Origin: a virus
Reading direction: 5' to 3' (one strand)
Virus record (IMG/VR): IMGVR_UViG_3300018426_001942
Coordinates: 32,001 to 96,000 of that record
Length of the DNA: 64,000 nt
Shown here: positions 45,439 through 55,533 of the stretch, in pieces
Layout: each line of letters opens with the position of its first letter
How positions within the stretch are numbered: the stretch's first letter is position 1
Translations under genes and position numbers: made by a program
Notes under the pieces: model-generated
Database searches by the model: none
What the model saw: only the letters and a program-made list of their open reading frames with translations
Told to the model about the DNA's origin: nothing

Positions 45439-46524
45439 ATGGCATTGCGATTAAGAAGAGGCACAGATGCACAAAGACAAACACTAGACGGTGTTTCCTT
45501 ACCAGTGCCAGCTGAAGGCGAATTAATATATACAACAGATACTAAAAAACTTTATGTAGGCGATGGTTCTACAGCAGGTGGTATTGCTGTTGACGTTGCT
45601 AACTCCGATTTAAGTATTGATGCATTAAGCGATGTTGATATTACATCTACACCTCCAACAGGTGGCCAGAGCCTAGTATGGAATGCTGTTGACGAAGAAT
45701 TCCAGCCAGGTGATCCTACTGTTCTAGATAATAAATCATTAAATGATTTGCAAGACGTAGACTTAGCATCTAATCCTCCAGGTGTAGGACAAGTTCTTAA
45801 ATGGAACGGAAGTGCATTTGTTCCTAATGACGACGATGCACAAAGTGGTTTAGTAGCAGGTGCAACTTACAACATTAACATTGCAGGCGATGTTTCAGGT
45901 AGTGTATACGCTGATGATTCTACATTAGTTATTGATGGTACTGATGGTAAATTCAAAGGTACTATTGAAACTACACAAAATGCTATATTTGACACAAGAG
46001 CTGATGATTTAATATCTGATATAGGTATAAAGATAATATCTAATGCAAACGTTCCTGGCTTAGAAGTTACTAGTCAGACTGGTGCAAGTGAAGGAACTGG
46101 TGCAAATTTAGGTTTTTACAATCATAACGGAACATACGAAAACCAAACAGCATTACAAGTTGGTGATAGCTTAGGAAGACTTGACTTTGGTGGCTTAATA
46201 ACAATTCCGGGTGGGAGTTCTGTATCACTTGCTCCGTGTGTCATTAGAGCAGAATTAACACAAGAAAGTGATGGTGTAAGTACATTAGCACTTGGTAAAT
46301 TAGTATTTGCTGTTCTTAATGGTCCGAACGTAGCAGATGCTGCAAAAGCAACATTTGATAATGTTGGTGTATTCCAATCTCCAGTATTACAACCAGGTGT
46401 ATATGCAGACGATGCAGCAAGAGATGCAGCTGTTACAGCACCAGCAGCAGGAATGATAATCTTTAACACTACAAACACTAAATTCCAAGGCTACACAGGT
46501 AGTGCTTGGGTAGACTTAAACTAA
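45439..46524 (+). CDS. Tail fibre / receptor-binding-type protein
   Basis: LRLRRGT...PAEGELIYTTDTKKLYVGDG N-terminal domain; two L.DVD...P..GQ.L.WN repeats; C-terminal GMIIFNTT..KFQGY.G.W; late promoter at 45394. Confidence 0.75.
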   Translation: MALRLRRGTDAQRQTLDGVSLPVPAEGELIYTTDTKKLYVGDGSTAGGIAVDVANSDLSIDALSDVDITSTPPTGGQSLVWNAVDEEFQPGDPTVLDNKSLNDLQDVDLASNPPGVGQVLKWNGSAFVPNDDDAQSGLVAGATYNINIAGDVSGSVYADDSTLVIDGTDGKFKGTIETTQNAIFDTRADDLISDIGIKIISNANVPGLEVTSQTGASEGTGANLGFYNHNGTYENQTALQVGDSLGRLDFGGLITIPGGSSVSLAPCVIRAELTQESDGVSTLALGKLVFAVLNGPNVADAAKATFDNVGVFQSPVLQPGVYADDAARDAAVTAPAAGMIIFNTTNTKFQGYTGSAWVDLN

Positions 46525-46536
46525 TCACATTACTTT

Positions 46537-46581
46537 AAAAACTCCTAAATGTAGGTTAAATACTACAGAAGGAGTTTTTTT
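46537..46581 (+). terminator. Hairpin/terminator that sequesters the next RBS, with a late-promoter motif in its loop
   Basis: AAAAACTCCT (46537-46546) pairs with AGGAGTTTTT (46570-46579); inner TGTAG/CTACA stem; loop GTTAAATA. Confidence 0.6.
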
Positions 46582-47352
46582 ATGACTAAATTAATTACAG
46601 ATCCCCAAAACTATACTAGAGAAGACTTAAGAAACTTAGACTGGGATATGGTAAAGTTAAATGTTACTGTAGATCCTAAGCCTTTGCTAGAATGGTTTGA
46701 AACTGTAAAAACTACTTCTCCCGAAAGTTTATTTTTATTTTCTCAAAAAGACTTATTTGAATCGCATTTACTCGATCATCCTAGAATGAACGGCATATGT
46801 GTAGGTGATGCAGGATTTTGGGCATTACAGTGGCCTATACAAAGACGTGATGCTATACCTACTCCATTCTTTTGTAATAAAGAAAAATTTCCAGAAATGT
46901 TAGACGAAACATGGGAAAATAAAATGGACAACCATCTTGAACAATATTATTTTGGTGCGTACAAGAGTATGATAGATCAATTAGGAGAAGATGCGTGGAC
47001 ATGGGGTAGAGCTATGAACTGTGCTAAGGAATGTGGCATTGGGCCACATAGAGATCACGACGGTGAAGACATGTCAGAACATATGATTCGATTACACGTT
47101 AACTTGCAAACTAACGAAAATTCATCATGGCATTTCTTTTCACAGTTAGGAGAAACACCTGCTGATACTTGGCAATACGAACGTGCAAGTTATAATCCTA
47201 AGCCTGGTGAAGTTTACCTAGTTAATGTGAGCAATGTACATGCTCCTGTAAATCACGGAGATGAAGAATGGATATTGTTACACTCTGACCCATCAAATGA
47301 CGCTGTAGATAGATTGTTAAAAAGCGAGACTCATATTACATACAATGGCTAA
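46582..47352 (+). CDS. 2OG-Fe(II) oxygenase-like (Asp/Asn beta-hydroxylase-type fold)
   Basis: PHRD...RLHVNL...GEVYLVN...HAPVN. Confidence 0.75.
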   Translation: MTKLITDPQNYTREDLRNLDWDMVKLNVTVDPKPLLEWFETVKTTSPESLFLFSQKDLFESHLLDHPRMNGICVGDAGFWALQWPIQRRDAIPTPFFCNKEKFPEMLDETWENKMDNHLEQYYFGAYKSMIDQLGEDAWTWGRAMNCAKECGIGPHRDHDGEDMSEHMIRLHVNLQTNENSSWHFFSQLGETPADTWQYERASYNPKPGEVYLVNVSNVHAPVNHGDEEWILLHSDPSNDAVDRLLKSETHITYNG

Positions 47353-48160
47353 CATTAAAACAAGATTAAATACTTCTATTCTTTACAAAAAGACTGACTG
47401 GCCATATCAACACGACAGCATGATTCCTAATACAAGTTCTAATTACTACGGACCTGATAACGAAAGACTACACGAGCGTAACAAAAAATATCAAGATAGT
47501 AGTTGGATATACAATAACAAAGAGATTAATTACAACTTCAACAGTTTAGGATTACGTATGTCTAATGAAGTAGATTTAACCAAAGACTTAATTTATTTTA
47601 GTGGCACAAGTTATACTTTAGGTATTGGTGTGGACGAGAAAGATAGATACACTGATATATTGTCTAAAGAACTAGACACACCTATGCTAAGTTATGCTGG
47701 TCCTACATATAGCACTAAACTACAAGTTATATCATTTTTTAATTATGTAAACTTACACGGTGCTCCAAAAAGTGCATGTTTTGAATTTCCGCCTGCACAC
47801 GGATATACATTTTTTACAGATCATTTTGCTTTTACGTTTACTGGCAGTCATAGGCCTAAATGCAATTATGTAGAACCTTATGAATTACTAGAACGTACTG
47901 ACTTCTTACAAAACGAAGCAGAAATATATGTAAACATGTTAGAAGTATTTTGTAAGACTAACAACATACCATTAACTATGTTTAGTTACTTTCCTACTAC
48001 TTTGCCTATTATACGTATTAATATTGATCTACTAGGTATCGAAGATAATAATGAAAAATTTGCTAGAGACATTTGTAAACAAAACGGTACTATATCAGGC
48101 CATCCAGGTATAGGTGTACATAGACATACAGCAGATGTATTAAAGGATAGACTACTATGA
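47345..48160 (+). CDS. SGNH/GDSL-like hypothetical protein
   Basis: YNFNSLGLR, FSGTSYTLGIGV, ARD...GHPG. Confidence 0.5.
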   Translation: MANIKTRLNTSILYKKTDWPYQHDSMIPNTSSNYYGPDNERLHERNKKYQDSSWIYNNKEINYNFNSLGLRMSNEVDLTKDLIYFSGTSYTLGIGVDEKDRYTDILSKELDTPMLSYAGPTYSTKLQVISFFNYVNLHGAPKSACFEFPPAHGYTFFTDHFAFTFTGSHRPKCNYVEPYELLERTDFLQNEAEIYVNMLEVFCKTNNIPLTMFSYFPTTLPIIRINIDLLGIEDNNEKFARDICKQNGTISGHPGIGVHRHTADVLKDRLL

Positions 48161-48825
48161 GCATAACACTTTATACATCAGGTAGTACAGACGAACCTAA
48201 ACAAATAACACATTCTTGGAAATACATTAATGAATGTGCTAGACGTAGTGCTAAAGAAATACAACTAACCAGCAAGGATGTTGTACTAGATGTGTTTCCT
48301 GCTAATACTATTGCACATTGGACTATAACAGCGTATCCTAGCGTTTTAAGCGGCGCACAGTACGTTTGTAGCAACTTTACGCCATATACATACATACAAG
48401 CATTTAAACGCTTACAACCGTCTTATATTGCGCTTATACCGCGTCATTTAGAGCTTTTACAAAGTACAAAAGGCTTTAAAGACTTAGATATGAGTTGTGT
48501 ACGTTACATGGTAACAGGTAGTAATAAAATAGATCAAGACTTTATAAATGCATTTAAAAATAGAGGTGTACAGTGTGTAGCAAACTGGTATGGTATGACA
48601 GAGTTTCCGCCACCTATTCTTATAGGGTATGACAGTCCTAGTTTTGACTTGTACAATCGACCAACTGATGATCATATAATGTTTCACCCTGTATCTGCTA
48701 CATCTAATTTAGGTGAAGCAATAATAAACGGTAGGTCTACAGGTGATATCTTTGACACACAAACAATGACATTCTCGCATAGAAGAAAAGAAGCAAATGG
48801 AAAAACTTGGAAGACTGACGTTTAG
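48157..48825 (+). CDS. Minimal AMP-binding (adenylate-forming) enzyme
   Basis: YTSGSTDEPK, WYGMTE, STGD; only 222 aa. Confidence 0.8.
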   Translation: MSITLYTSGSTDEPKQITHSWKYINECARRSAKEIQLTSKDVVLDVFPANTIAHWTITAYPSVLSGAQYVCSNFTPYTYIQAFKRLQPSYIALIPRHLELLQSTKGFKDLDMSCVRYMVTGSNKIDQDFINAFKNRGVQCVANWYGMTEFPPPILIGYDSPSFDLYNRPTDDHIMFHPVSATSNLGEAIINGRSTGDIFDTQTMTFSHRRKEANGKTWKTDV

Positions 48826-49342
48826 AACATTATCTAAAAATGACAGAGATGCTGTTGAGATATTTTGTAATTCTCAGTCTTATAGCAACAACACTTCTTT
48901 AGAAAAAATGAAATGGGACTGGTGCCCGTTTTGGTGTGCAGCATTTGACCAAGAACGTATTGTAAGTATTGCTGGCGCACACGAACTTCCTGAAGTATCA
49001 CCTAATGCCTATAGACTATTATTTAGAGGCGCACAATTACCAGGCTACACGTTAGGCACTGGTAGAAATATATTTAAAACTGGAATACATTTAAGTTATC
49101 TATTGCCTATACAGATTGATTGGGCAACTAAAAATCCTAACGCACAACTTTATATTAGTACTAACATCAACAACGACGGTGGCAAAAGCCAACGTATGAA
49201 TAATACTATTATGCCAATGCTTGCTAAAACAGGAATTTGGACTTTAGATCGTAAGATGGAGTTGTACAATGTTCCGCAGAACTTGTGGCGTATTAATGTT
49301 TCAAAGTATATGGAAGAGCGTAGCCGTTCGCTAAACACCTAA
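48797..49342 (+). CDS. Possible GNAT-fold acyltransferase
   Basis: Pattern AAF...IVSIAG.H...YRLLFRGAQLPGY; coupled to the adenylation enzyme. Confidence 0.4.
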   Translation: MEKLGRLTFRTLSKNDRDAVEIFCNSQSYSNNTSLEKMKWDWCPFWCAAFDQERIVSIAGAHELPEVSPNAYRLLFRGAQLPGYTLGTGRNIFKTGIHLSYLLPIQIDWATKNPNAQLYISTNINNDGGKSQRMNNTIMPMLAKTGIWTLDRKMELYNVPQNLWRINVSKYMEERSRSLNT

Positions 49343-50399
49343 AACTATATTCATCAAAGATAGTAAAAGGTTTCTTTTTAATCTCAATTTCTTTTACTTG
49401 ATTTTGCCAATAGGGCGTATTCTTACTTGTTGCTTCATAATGTAGTGCAAGAAAATCTTCAATATGTTTTACAACCTTAACATATTGTCTATTGTAAACT
49501 TTTTGTTTACCATATAATTTAACTAGCATTTCAATTTGATACTGTATTAACCAAATTGCTTGTGCTTCTAAAGGTTCAATAAATCCAGCACTTAACCCTA
49601 TGTTTAGTATATTATCTTGATATGGTGTTGGACAATATTTACTTTCCCAATGTAATACTCGCATTTTGTCTAATTCAAGAGTATACGGACACTTTTCGAT
49701 AAACTCGCGTTTAGCATCTTCAACTGTTTGATGTTCAGTGCTAAACACGTAACCATTACCAATGCGGTTTTGTAAATAAATGTTCCACATCCAACCATTA
49801 CTCATGGCAGTTGTTTCTGTATAGTACTTTAGCTCTTTATCATAACTAGGTGCTACTACAGCACAATTATTTTTAAGGCGTGTACTAACCATTTCTCTTT
49901 TAGGAAATAATTTATTAAATCCTGTACAATTAATAATTAAGTCAGCTTGTAAATCATCAATAGTATCTAATGTACGTGTTTCTAATTTAACACCATTTGG
50001 CAATGCTACTTTATCACGCAACATAATACCAAATTTATTTGCATCTATATGATATGCATGACGCCATTTTTTATCTGGTAACTCGTAGTTTTCCATCCAA
50101 TGCATTTGCTCGTCGTGTTCTGTTTCATCAAAACAAAAATGATGAAACCAACTTTCGCCGTGCCAATTTTTATGTTTAATTGTATACTTACGAACCGCAT
50201 CACAATTATCAAATAAGTCTTGCTCAGTTAATCCGCAATCATGTATAAAGTCATACATGCTAGGCAGTGTACTTTCACCTACACCTATTATAGGTATATC
50301 TTGACTTTGGATAACTGTAATATCCCAGTCGGTCTTTTTAGAAAGATATGAGGCTGTCATCCAACCTGCTGTTCCGCCGCCTACAATAATTATATTCAT
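49293..50399 (-). CDS. Tryptophan halogenase-like flavoprotein
   Basis: IVGGGTAGW, IGVGESTLP, AYHIDA, GWMWNI (WxWxI), GFIEPLEA. Confidence 0.88.
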   Translation of the reverse strand: MNIIIVGGGTAGWMTASYLSKKTDWDITVIQSQDIPIIGVGESTLPSMYDFIHDCGLTEQDLFDNCDAVRKYTIKHKNWHGESWFHHFCFDETEHDEQMHWMENYELPDKKWRHAYHIDANKFGIMLRDKVALPNGVKLETRTLDTIDDLQADLIINCTGFNKLFPKREMVSTRLKNNCAVVAPSYDKELKYYTETTAMSNGWMWNIYLQNRIGNGYVFSTEHQTVEDAKREFIEKCPYTLELDKMRVLHWESKYCPTPYQDNILNIGLSAGFIEPLEAQAIWLIQYQIEMLVKLYGKQKVYNRQYVKVVKHIEDFLALHYEATSKNTPYWQNQVKEIEIKKKPFTIFDEYSFRCLANGYALPYTLKH

Positions 50400-51571
50400 A
50401 CGTTTATTTGTGTCCTTAAAAAAATATTTATTTTTCCTATGGGTATTTTAAAATGTAAATGGATTCTATCTGTAGAACCTTTGTTAATCGTAGTGTGTAT
50501 ACGTTTTGTATTTACAATGTAAACATTATTAGGTTCTAATACATACGGGTGTTGATCAATAATAAAATGCGAATCGTTATTAGCATACAACGGAATATGT
50601 ACTCTTACATGCTCGTCTTTATCTGCGTGAGGCGGTATTCCAGAATTTTCAGGATGCCCAGTAATAACTAATTCTTCTATATAAGGAATCTGATCGTATA
50701 GTTTTTTAGCAAAACCTTTGAGCATCTTAGTAGGCTTTATAATAGGATCAAATGCTTTCTTGTCTTTACGCATACCTGGAGGCAATGGACGTTCGTCTAC
50801 ATTTTCGCAATTAGTTAATATAGCGTATCCGTATAATCCTTTTAGATTAGTTCCTGGAACTTCGGGCATTGTCCATTTTAGGTAATCAAAATTATCTACA
50901 AGGTCATTATAGTATTCTTTAAGTTCATCAAAATTAAATTTTACATTTTCTATTTTTTTGCAATCAAAATTTATTTGAGCTGGATCTAATATCCACTCTG
51001 TATTAAGTAATTCATCTACATTGTCTACAGGTATTTTAAATATTAAATGTACTCTGTCTGTGTCGCCTTGATTAATTGTACCATGTTGATTAGTAGTATT
51101 AATAAGATATGCTTTACCTTCTTGCAAATTATACTTTGAATCACCAAATACAAAATAACTTTGATTATTCGTTTGTATAGGTATATGCACTTTTACAAAC
51201 TCAGTATTATCTATATGTTGTTGTATAACTGTATCAGGTGGGTGGGCACTTATAACTGTTTGTCTAATATCAGGTATTGCATCTACAATATACTTGCCAA
51301 ACCCAAATACAAGCTCAGTAGGATTATCAAACGTACCTAATACTTCACTGTCATGTTTAATGTCATATGGCGGACAAGGCTTTGTAGTGTCTTTTAAATT
51401 ACTTTGTATAGCCCAACTGTATACATTGTTTACTTTGTGATCTAATGTATTTGTACTATCTGGTTGCCACTTTAAGTTGTCATACTGAGATACTTTAGCA
51501 TAATAGTCTTTTAGTTCTTGCAACGAAAATTTAAAGTTAGGTAATTCTTTAATATCAAAATCAAACATCAT
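50396..51571 (-). CDS. Tandem double 2OG-Fe(II) oxygenase
   Basis: Two copies of HxD...VHIP...H.T.N.G.TDR.HL. Confidence 0.85.
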   Translation of the reverse strand: MMFDFDIKELPNFKFSLQELKDYYAKVSQYDNLKWQPDSTNTLDHKVNNVYSWAIQSNLKDTTKPCPPYDIKHDSEVLGTFDNPTELVFGFGKYIVDAIPDIRQTVISAHPPDTVIQQHIDNTEFVKVHIPIQTNNQSYFVFGDSKYNLQEGKAYLINTTNQHGTINQGDTDRVHLIFKIPVDNVDELLNTEWILDPAQINFDCKKIENVKFNFDELKEYYNDLVDNFDYLKWTMPEVPGTNLKGLYGYAILTNCENVDERPLPPGMRKDKKAFDPIIKPTKMLKGFAKKLYDQIPYIEELVITGHPENSGIPPHADKDEHVRVHIPLYANNDSHFIIDQHPYVLEPNNVYIVNTKRIHTTINKGSTDRIHLHFKIPIGKINIFLRTQINV

Positions 51572-51986
51572 GATACCTTTCTAATAGACTATAAACATGT
51601 TTGTTATGACCTCTGTCATCTATTGTTTCGTTATTATAATACTTTTTAACATAGTTGGCAACAGCAACACTTCTCGATTGTCCTTTTGCACAATATACAT
51701 GTAATGTAGCACCCTCTGGTATTTTGCGTATAAAACTTATAATTTGTTCTGCTTGTTTATCGCTACATGCTGTGGCATGTATTATTCGTTGTGTGTTATT
51801 GTACCATTGTATTGCTTTTAATCCTGTTTTTTCAACATCTTCAAATTTTAAATTTAAAACATTATCTGCATCTGCCATAACAGGCTCAGAATGTATCCAA
51901 TTACCATTACTGTGTATACCAATAAGATATTCGTTGTTAGGTATAGGGTGCATATCTTTCATTGCATATGTTTTTACATTAACCAT
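51561..51986 (-). CDS. Cys-based (PTP/DSP-like) phosphatase
   Basis: CX5R motif HVYCAKGQSRS. Confidence 0.8.
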   Translation of the reverse strand: MVNVKTYAMKDMHPIPNNEYLIGIHSNGNWIHSEPVMADADNVLNLKFEDVEKTGLKAIQWYNNTQRIIHATACSDKQAEQIISFIRKIPEGATLHVYCAKGQSRSVAVANYVKKYYNNETIDDRGHNKHVYSLLERYHDV

Positions 51987-52621
51987 GCTTTTACGTCCTC
52001 GATCCACACTTTACCATAAAGATGTACTCTGTCTGTTGTACCTTTGTTTTCAACACTATGAGGAAGTGTTGTGTTTACAAGATATGCCCAACCTGGTTCC
52101 ATGTGATATTCTTTACCGTTTATAATCCAATTACTATCTTTGTTAGTGTGTATAGGAATATGTACCCTAATTTTATCTGGACTGTCTTGATGTGTAATTA
52201 ATTTAGTTCCAGTTACATGCTCAGTTACTAACCATTTTTTACTACGAAAGGGTAGACTTTTAACAAGCTCTAATCCGTATCCTGTAAAACATTTTCTAGG
52301 ATTTAATTCATCATTATCATTATCCCTATACTCCGGTTTTGCACAACCTTGCTCAAAAGGTTTAGGACCTTCTTCGTCACTATTCCAGCATAACGTATAA
52401 TAACCAGTTTCGTCTGGTATAATATGTCCAGTCTCCCCAGTAGGGTCACTAATTGGAAACTGCCACACATGATGATTTTCTCCTACAACAAATTTCCAAT
52501 CTTTATAATTTTCTTGTAGATCATTATACCAATCCTGTAACTTTTTGACATCAACACAAAATATACGTTTAACGTCAAATCCTAGATCAACTGTTTGATG
52601 CTCTTCTATATATCTCTTCAT
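51974..52621 (-). CDS. 2OG-Fe(II) oxygenase
   Basis: THQD...RVHIPI...HSVEN...DRVHL. Confidence 0.85.
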   Translation of the reverse strand: MKRYIEEHQTVDLGFDVKRIFCVDVKKLQDWYNDLQENYKDWKFVVGENHHVWQFPISDPTGETGHIIPDETGYYTLCWNSDEEGPKPFEQGCAKPEYRDNDNDELNPRKCFTGYGLELVKSLPFRSKKWLVTEHVTGTKLITHQDSPDKIRVHIPIHTNKDSNWIINGKEYHMEPGWAYLVNTTLPHSVENKGTTDRVHLYGKVWIEDVKAWLM

Positions 52622-53361
52622 TTCCAATTAACTAAATCCATAAATTTATCATTGCGTATATCTGAAATAATATTTGCCCTTGCTGTTGGACTAAAGTTTG
52701 TAGTAGAATGTGTAACTCTTGAATTTATAATATAAACATTTCCTGGTTCAAAGTTATATTCTCTATTCCATTTTTCTCCCCAATAAAATTTACTATTGTC
52801 ATATGTCATAGGAATATGTAATCTAGCACAGTATCCGTCTGTATGCGGATGAAGTATATGCTCAGGCATGTGTTGCGTTATTCGTGGATTGTAAATATAG
52901 TTGCCTATTTCTTCTACTATAGATTTCCATTCTCCAAAATTATATTGGGTAAGATATGTATTATCATTATAATCAAAATCTTTTACAACATTACCGTCAT
53001 TATCAAAGTAACTTTTTAATTCTGTAAAAAATTCTACGTCAGCAGCCCAAGGAGGCGGAAGGGGTACATCTCTGTGAGTTGGCCAAGTTAATGTCCACGA
53101 GTTAATTAATGCTTCATATGTTTTGTTACGTTCCCATTCGTAATCATTTGTATCGGTAGTAAATTTATTATTGACAGATTCTTTTATGTACTCAGAACAT
53201 GTTTGAAAATTAAATTTTAAATAATCTAAGTTAGATGTAACAATATTATACCAATATTGTAAATTTTTTATAGCTATTTTTTTATCTAATATAATAATGT
53301 CCCATTCTAAACTTTCTAAAACTGACAGGTCAACTTGAGAAGGTTTTAGAACTTTATCCAT
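52618..53361 (-). CDS. 2OG-Fe(II) oxygenase
   Basis: PHTD...RLHIP...HSTTN...R. Confidence 0.8.
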   Translation of the reverse strand: MDKVLKPSQVDLSVLESLEWDIIILDKKIAIKNLQYWYNIVTSNLDYLKFNFQTCSEYIKESVNNKFTTDTNDYEWERNKTYEALINSWTLTWPTHRDVPLPPPWAADVEFFTELKSYFDNDGNVVKDFDYNDNTYLTQYNFGEWKSIVEEIGNYIYNPRITQHMPEHILHPHTDGYCARLHIPMTYDNSKFYWGEKWNREYNFEPGNVYIINSRVTHSTTNFSPTARANIISDIRNDKFMDLVNWK

Positions 53362-54103
53362 TAGTCATTCCTATTACATTTAAAATATGGTCTTCTGTTA
53401 CCCTTGTAATTATATGAGATCTATAGTCGTCACTTTCGTTAGTAGTTCCATGCCAATCTCCAGTGTTAAGAATATATGCTTTACCTTCTTTCATATGATA
53501 CGAACGTTCTTTATTTTCTCCGAAATGGAAAAAACTGTTTTTGTTGCTTTCTATTGGAATATGTAATTTAAGTACTTTACTATCTATATGTTGACGTATA
53601 TACATACCTGGATGATGTCTAGTAACAATCGCTTGTCTAAATGCATCTGATCCTAATTCTTCTACTAACTGTTTGAAATAGCCAAATTGTAATTTAGGCA
53701 TAATTTTTGCATCGTTAATAAAGTTATCATAATCTACTTCAGGATACATTTCAGCATTACACTGTGCTGGAGGAGGCAGTGCTTCGTAACGTTCTATAGG
53801 CCATGCTAAAGTTACACCATCAATTGGTCCGCAATAGTAACCGCAATACCCTTGCTCTACCATTTCTTTACTTTTTTCTAAATTAAGTTTTTCGGACATC
53901 TTGTTAAAGTTAAACAACATGTAATCAAAATTTTCTTTAACGTCAGTCCACCATGCTTTTAGACTTTCGACATCTACGTTATAATTTAGTTCAATTATAT
54001 CCCAATCGTTACTATTATATAAGAAGTCGTGCGTTAAGCCATGATTATCAGGATCGTAGTTTTTAATTATTCTCGAATCTTGGGTGTGTTGTGCGTTTTC
54101 CAT
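53354..54103 (-). CDS. 2OG-Fe(II) oxygenase
   Basis: QHID...KLHIPI...HGTTN...RSH. Confidence 0.82.
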   Translation of the reverse strand: MENAQHTQDSRIIKNYDPDNHGLTHDFLYNSNDWDIIELNYNVDVESLKAWWTDVKENFDYMLFNFNKMSEKLNLEKSKEMVEQGYCGYYCGPIDGVTLAWPIERYEALPPPAQCNAEMYPEVDYDNFINDAKIMPKLQFGYFKQLVEELGSDAFRQAIVTRHHPGMYIRQHIDSKVLKLHIPIESNKNSFFHFGENKERSYHMKEGKAYILNTGDWHGTTNESDDYRSHIITRVTEDHILNVIGMTNG

Positions 54104-55532
54104 TTCTTAACCTTTCTCTCATATCCATTGCGACATAGTCATGCCCATATAGCACTAAGTCTTCCGGAATCATTTCTTCAAATTTAAACCAATGCTGTTC
54201 AAGTTGTTCTGGTTCTACATTCCATTGTAGCATTTCGCTTGACCAAATGTTTGTAGTCCACAGTACTTTTGTTCCTTGTACAGTATTTATTAGCTCAAAT
54301 AACTGGTTAGGTTGGGTCACTATGTCTACTACGTTAAAGGTATGTTTTAGTTGTCTGTATCTATCCCATAACTCTTTAAACGCTTCTCTACCCCCATGTT
54401 CTTTAACTTCTTGTTCCCAAAACTTTTTATAGTTTCCTCTGTAAGTACTACTAAAGTTATAACTGAGATCATGCTCTAATAACCATTTGTCTAAATCATA
54501 TCCATCCCAAGTTTCTAGCAAATGTTTTTTGTAATTTAAACTTGCTTCACACCAATCAAAATAATTTACTGTAGTGTCTTTATGAAAACCGTTCGAGTTT
54601 AGTATAGCAAGTGGCTTAAATCCAGCGGCTGCACTAAACAAATGATCAATTAATTTACCATCTGTTCTTACACCTTCACCTGATAGTGTTTCTGTGTTAA
54701 ATGCGTATACTCTATCCTTTTCTATAAATTCTTGATAGCCAAGTTTGCGTATCCAAGCCGCTTGACTTTGGTTTAGTCCATCATCTTGATCTTTGTTAAG
54801 CCATGCATTTGCAAGTTGCTGTGTATTCTCATATGGATATAAAAATACTTTACAATCACGCATGTCATTTGTTAAATTATCTATTCTTATGCCTGCTCGT
54901 ATAGCAATATCTATCCAGTTGCTTCCATCTGCTGTAATTTCAATATGGCTTTCTTGTGCGTTGTCTGCAGGACCTATCCATTCAGGAGTATAATGACTGT
55001 GTACTGTATTTTCACTAAGTTTGTAATTTTGTAGTAAAGGCTTTCTATCCTTAAATACGCCCATTTCATCAAACTTCGGCTTGCCAAGTTCTACCCATTT
55101 TTGTAAATTAACAAATAGATATTGTCTATGTAACCCAGGATACGAACCTTGAATTCCTGTTTGTGCTTCTTTGTCCATTATATGACCTATTGCAAAGAAG
55201 TCTTTATTGTTATCATAGTAATTTAAACTTTGAGTTATTAAACTAGGGCCTCTAAATAAAAGTAGTCCTTGACATGCAATCATTGCAAATTCTTTATCTT
55301 TTTGAAGACTTTGTTCTAATATTTCTTCAACAGTTTTATGAAATCCTACATAACTACACATGCCCATTTTAATCATACGATTAATATAAAAATAGGTCAT
55401 ATCAAAACATCTTTTTTGTAACCACTTATTATCTATGTCACGATTAATATTGAGTATGCCAATTCCTACTCTGTTATCAATTTTTAGATCTTCGTAATAA
55501 CGATCAATAGTAATACTATTCCAGTCTTTCAT
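54063..55532 (-). CDS. Hypothetical 489-aa protein, possibly two-domain with a SAM-fold-like C-terminus
   Basis: Long ORF in operon; FSAAAGFKP...VNYFD weakly Rossmann/MTase-like. Confidence 0.55.
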   Translation of the reverse strand: MKDWNSITIDRYYEDLKIDNRVGIGILNINRDIDNKWLQKRCFDMTYFYINRMIKMGMCSYVGFHKTVEEILEQSLQKDKEFAMIACQGLLLFRGPSLITQSLNYYDNNKDFFAIGHIMDKEAQTGIQGSYPGLHRQYLFVNLQKWVELGKPKFDEMGVFKDRKPLLQNYKLSENTVHSHYTPEWIGPADNAQESHIEITADGSNWIDIAIRAGIRIDNLTNDMRDCKVFLYPYENTQQLANAWLNKDQDDGLNQSQAAWIRKLGYQEFIEKDRVYAFNTETLSGEGVRTDGKLIDHLFSAAAGFKPLAILNSNGFHKDTTVNYFDWCEASLNYKKHLLETWDGYDLDKWLLEHDLSYNFSSTYRGNYKKFWEQEVKEHGGREAFKELWDRYRQLKHTFNVVDIVTQPNQLFELINTVQGTKVLWTTNIWSSEMLQWNVEPEQLEQHWFKFEEMIPEDLVLYGHDYVAMDMRERLRNGKRTTHPRFENN

Positions 55533-55533
55533 T

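Noticed and set aside
51655-52125. 156-aa + strand ORF in the island
   Set aside because: Antisense to the phosphatase and oxygenase genes, which carry recognisable catalytic motifs
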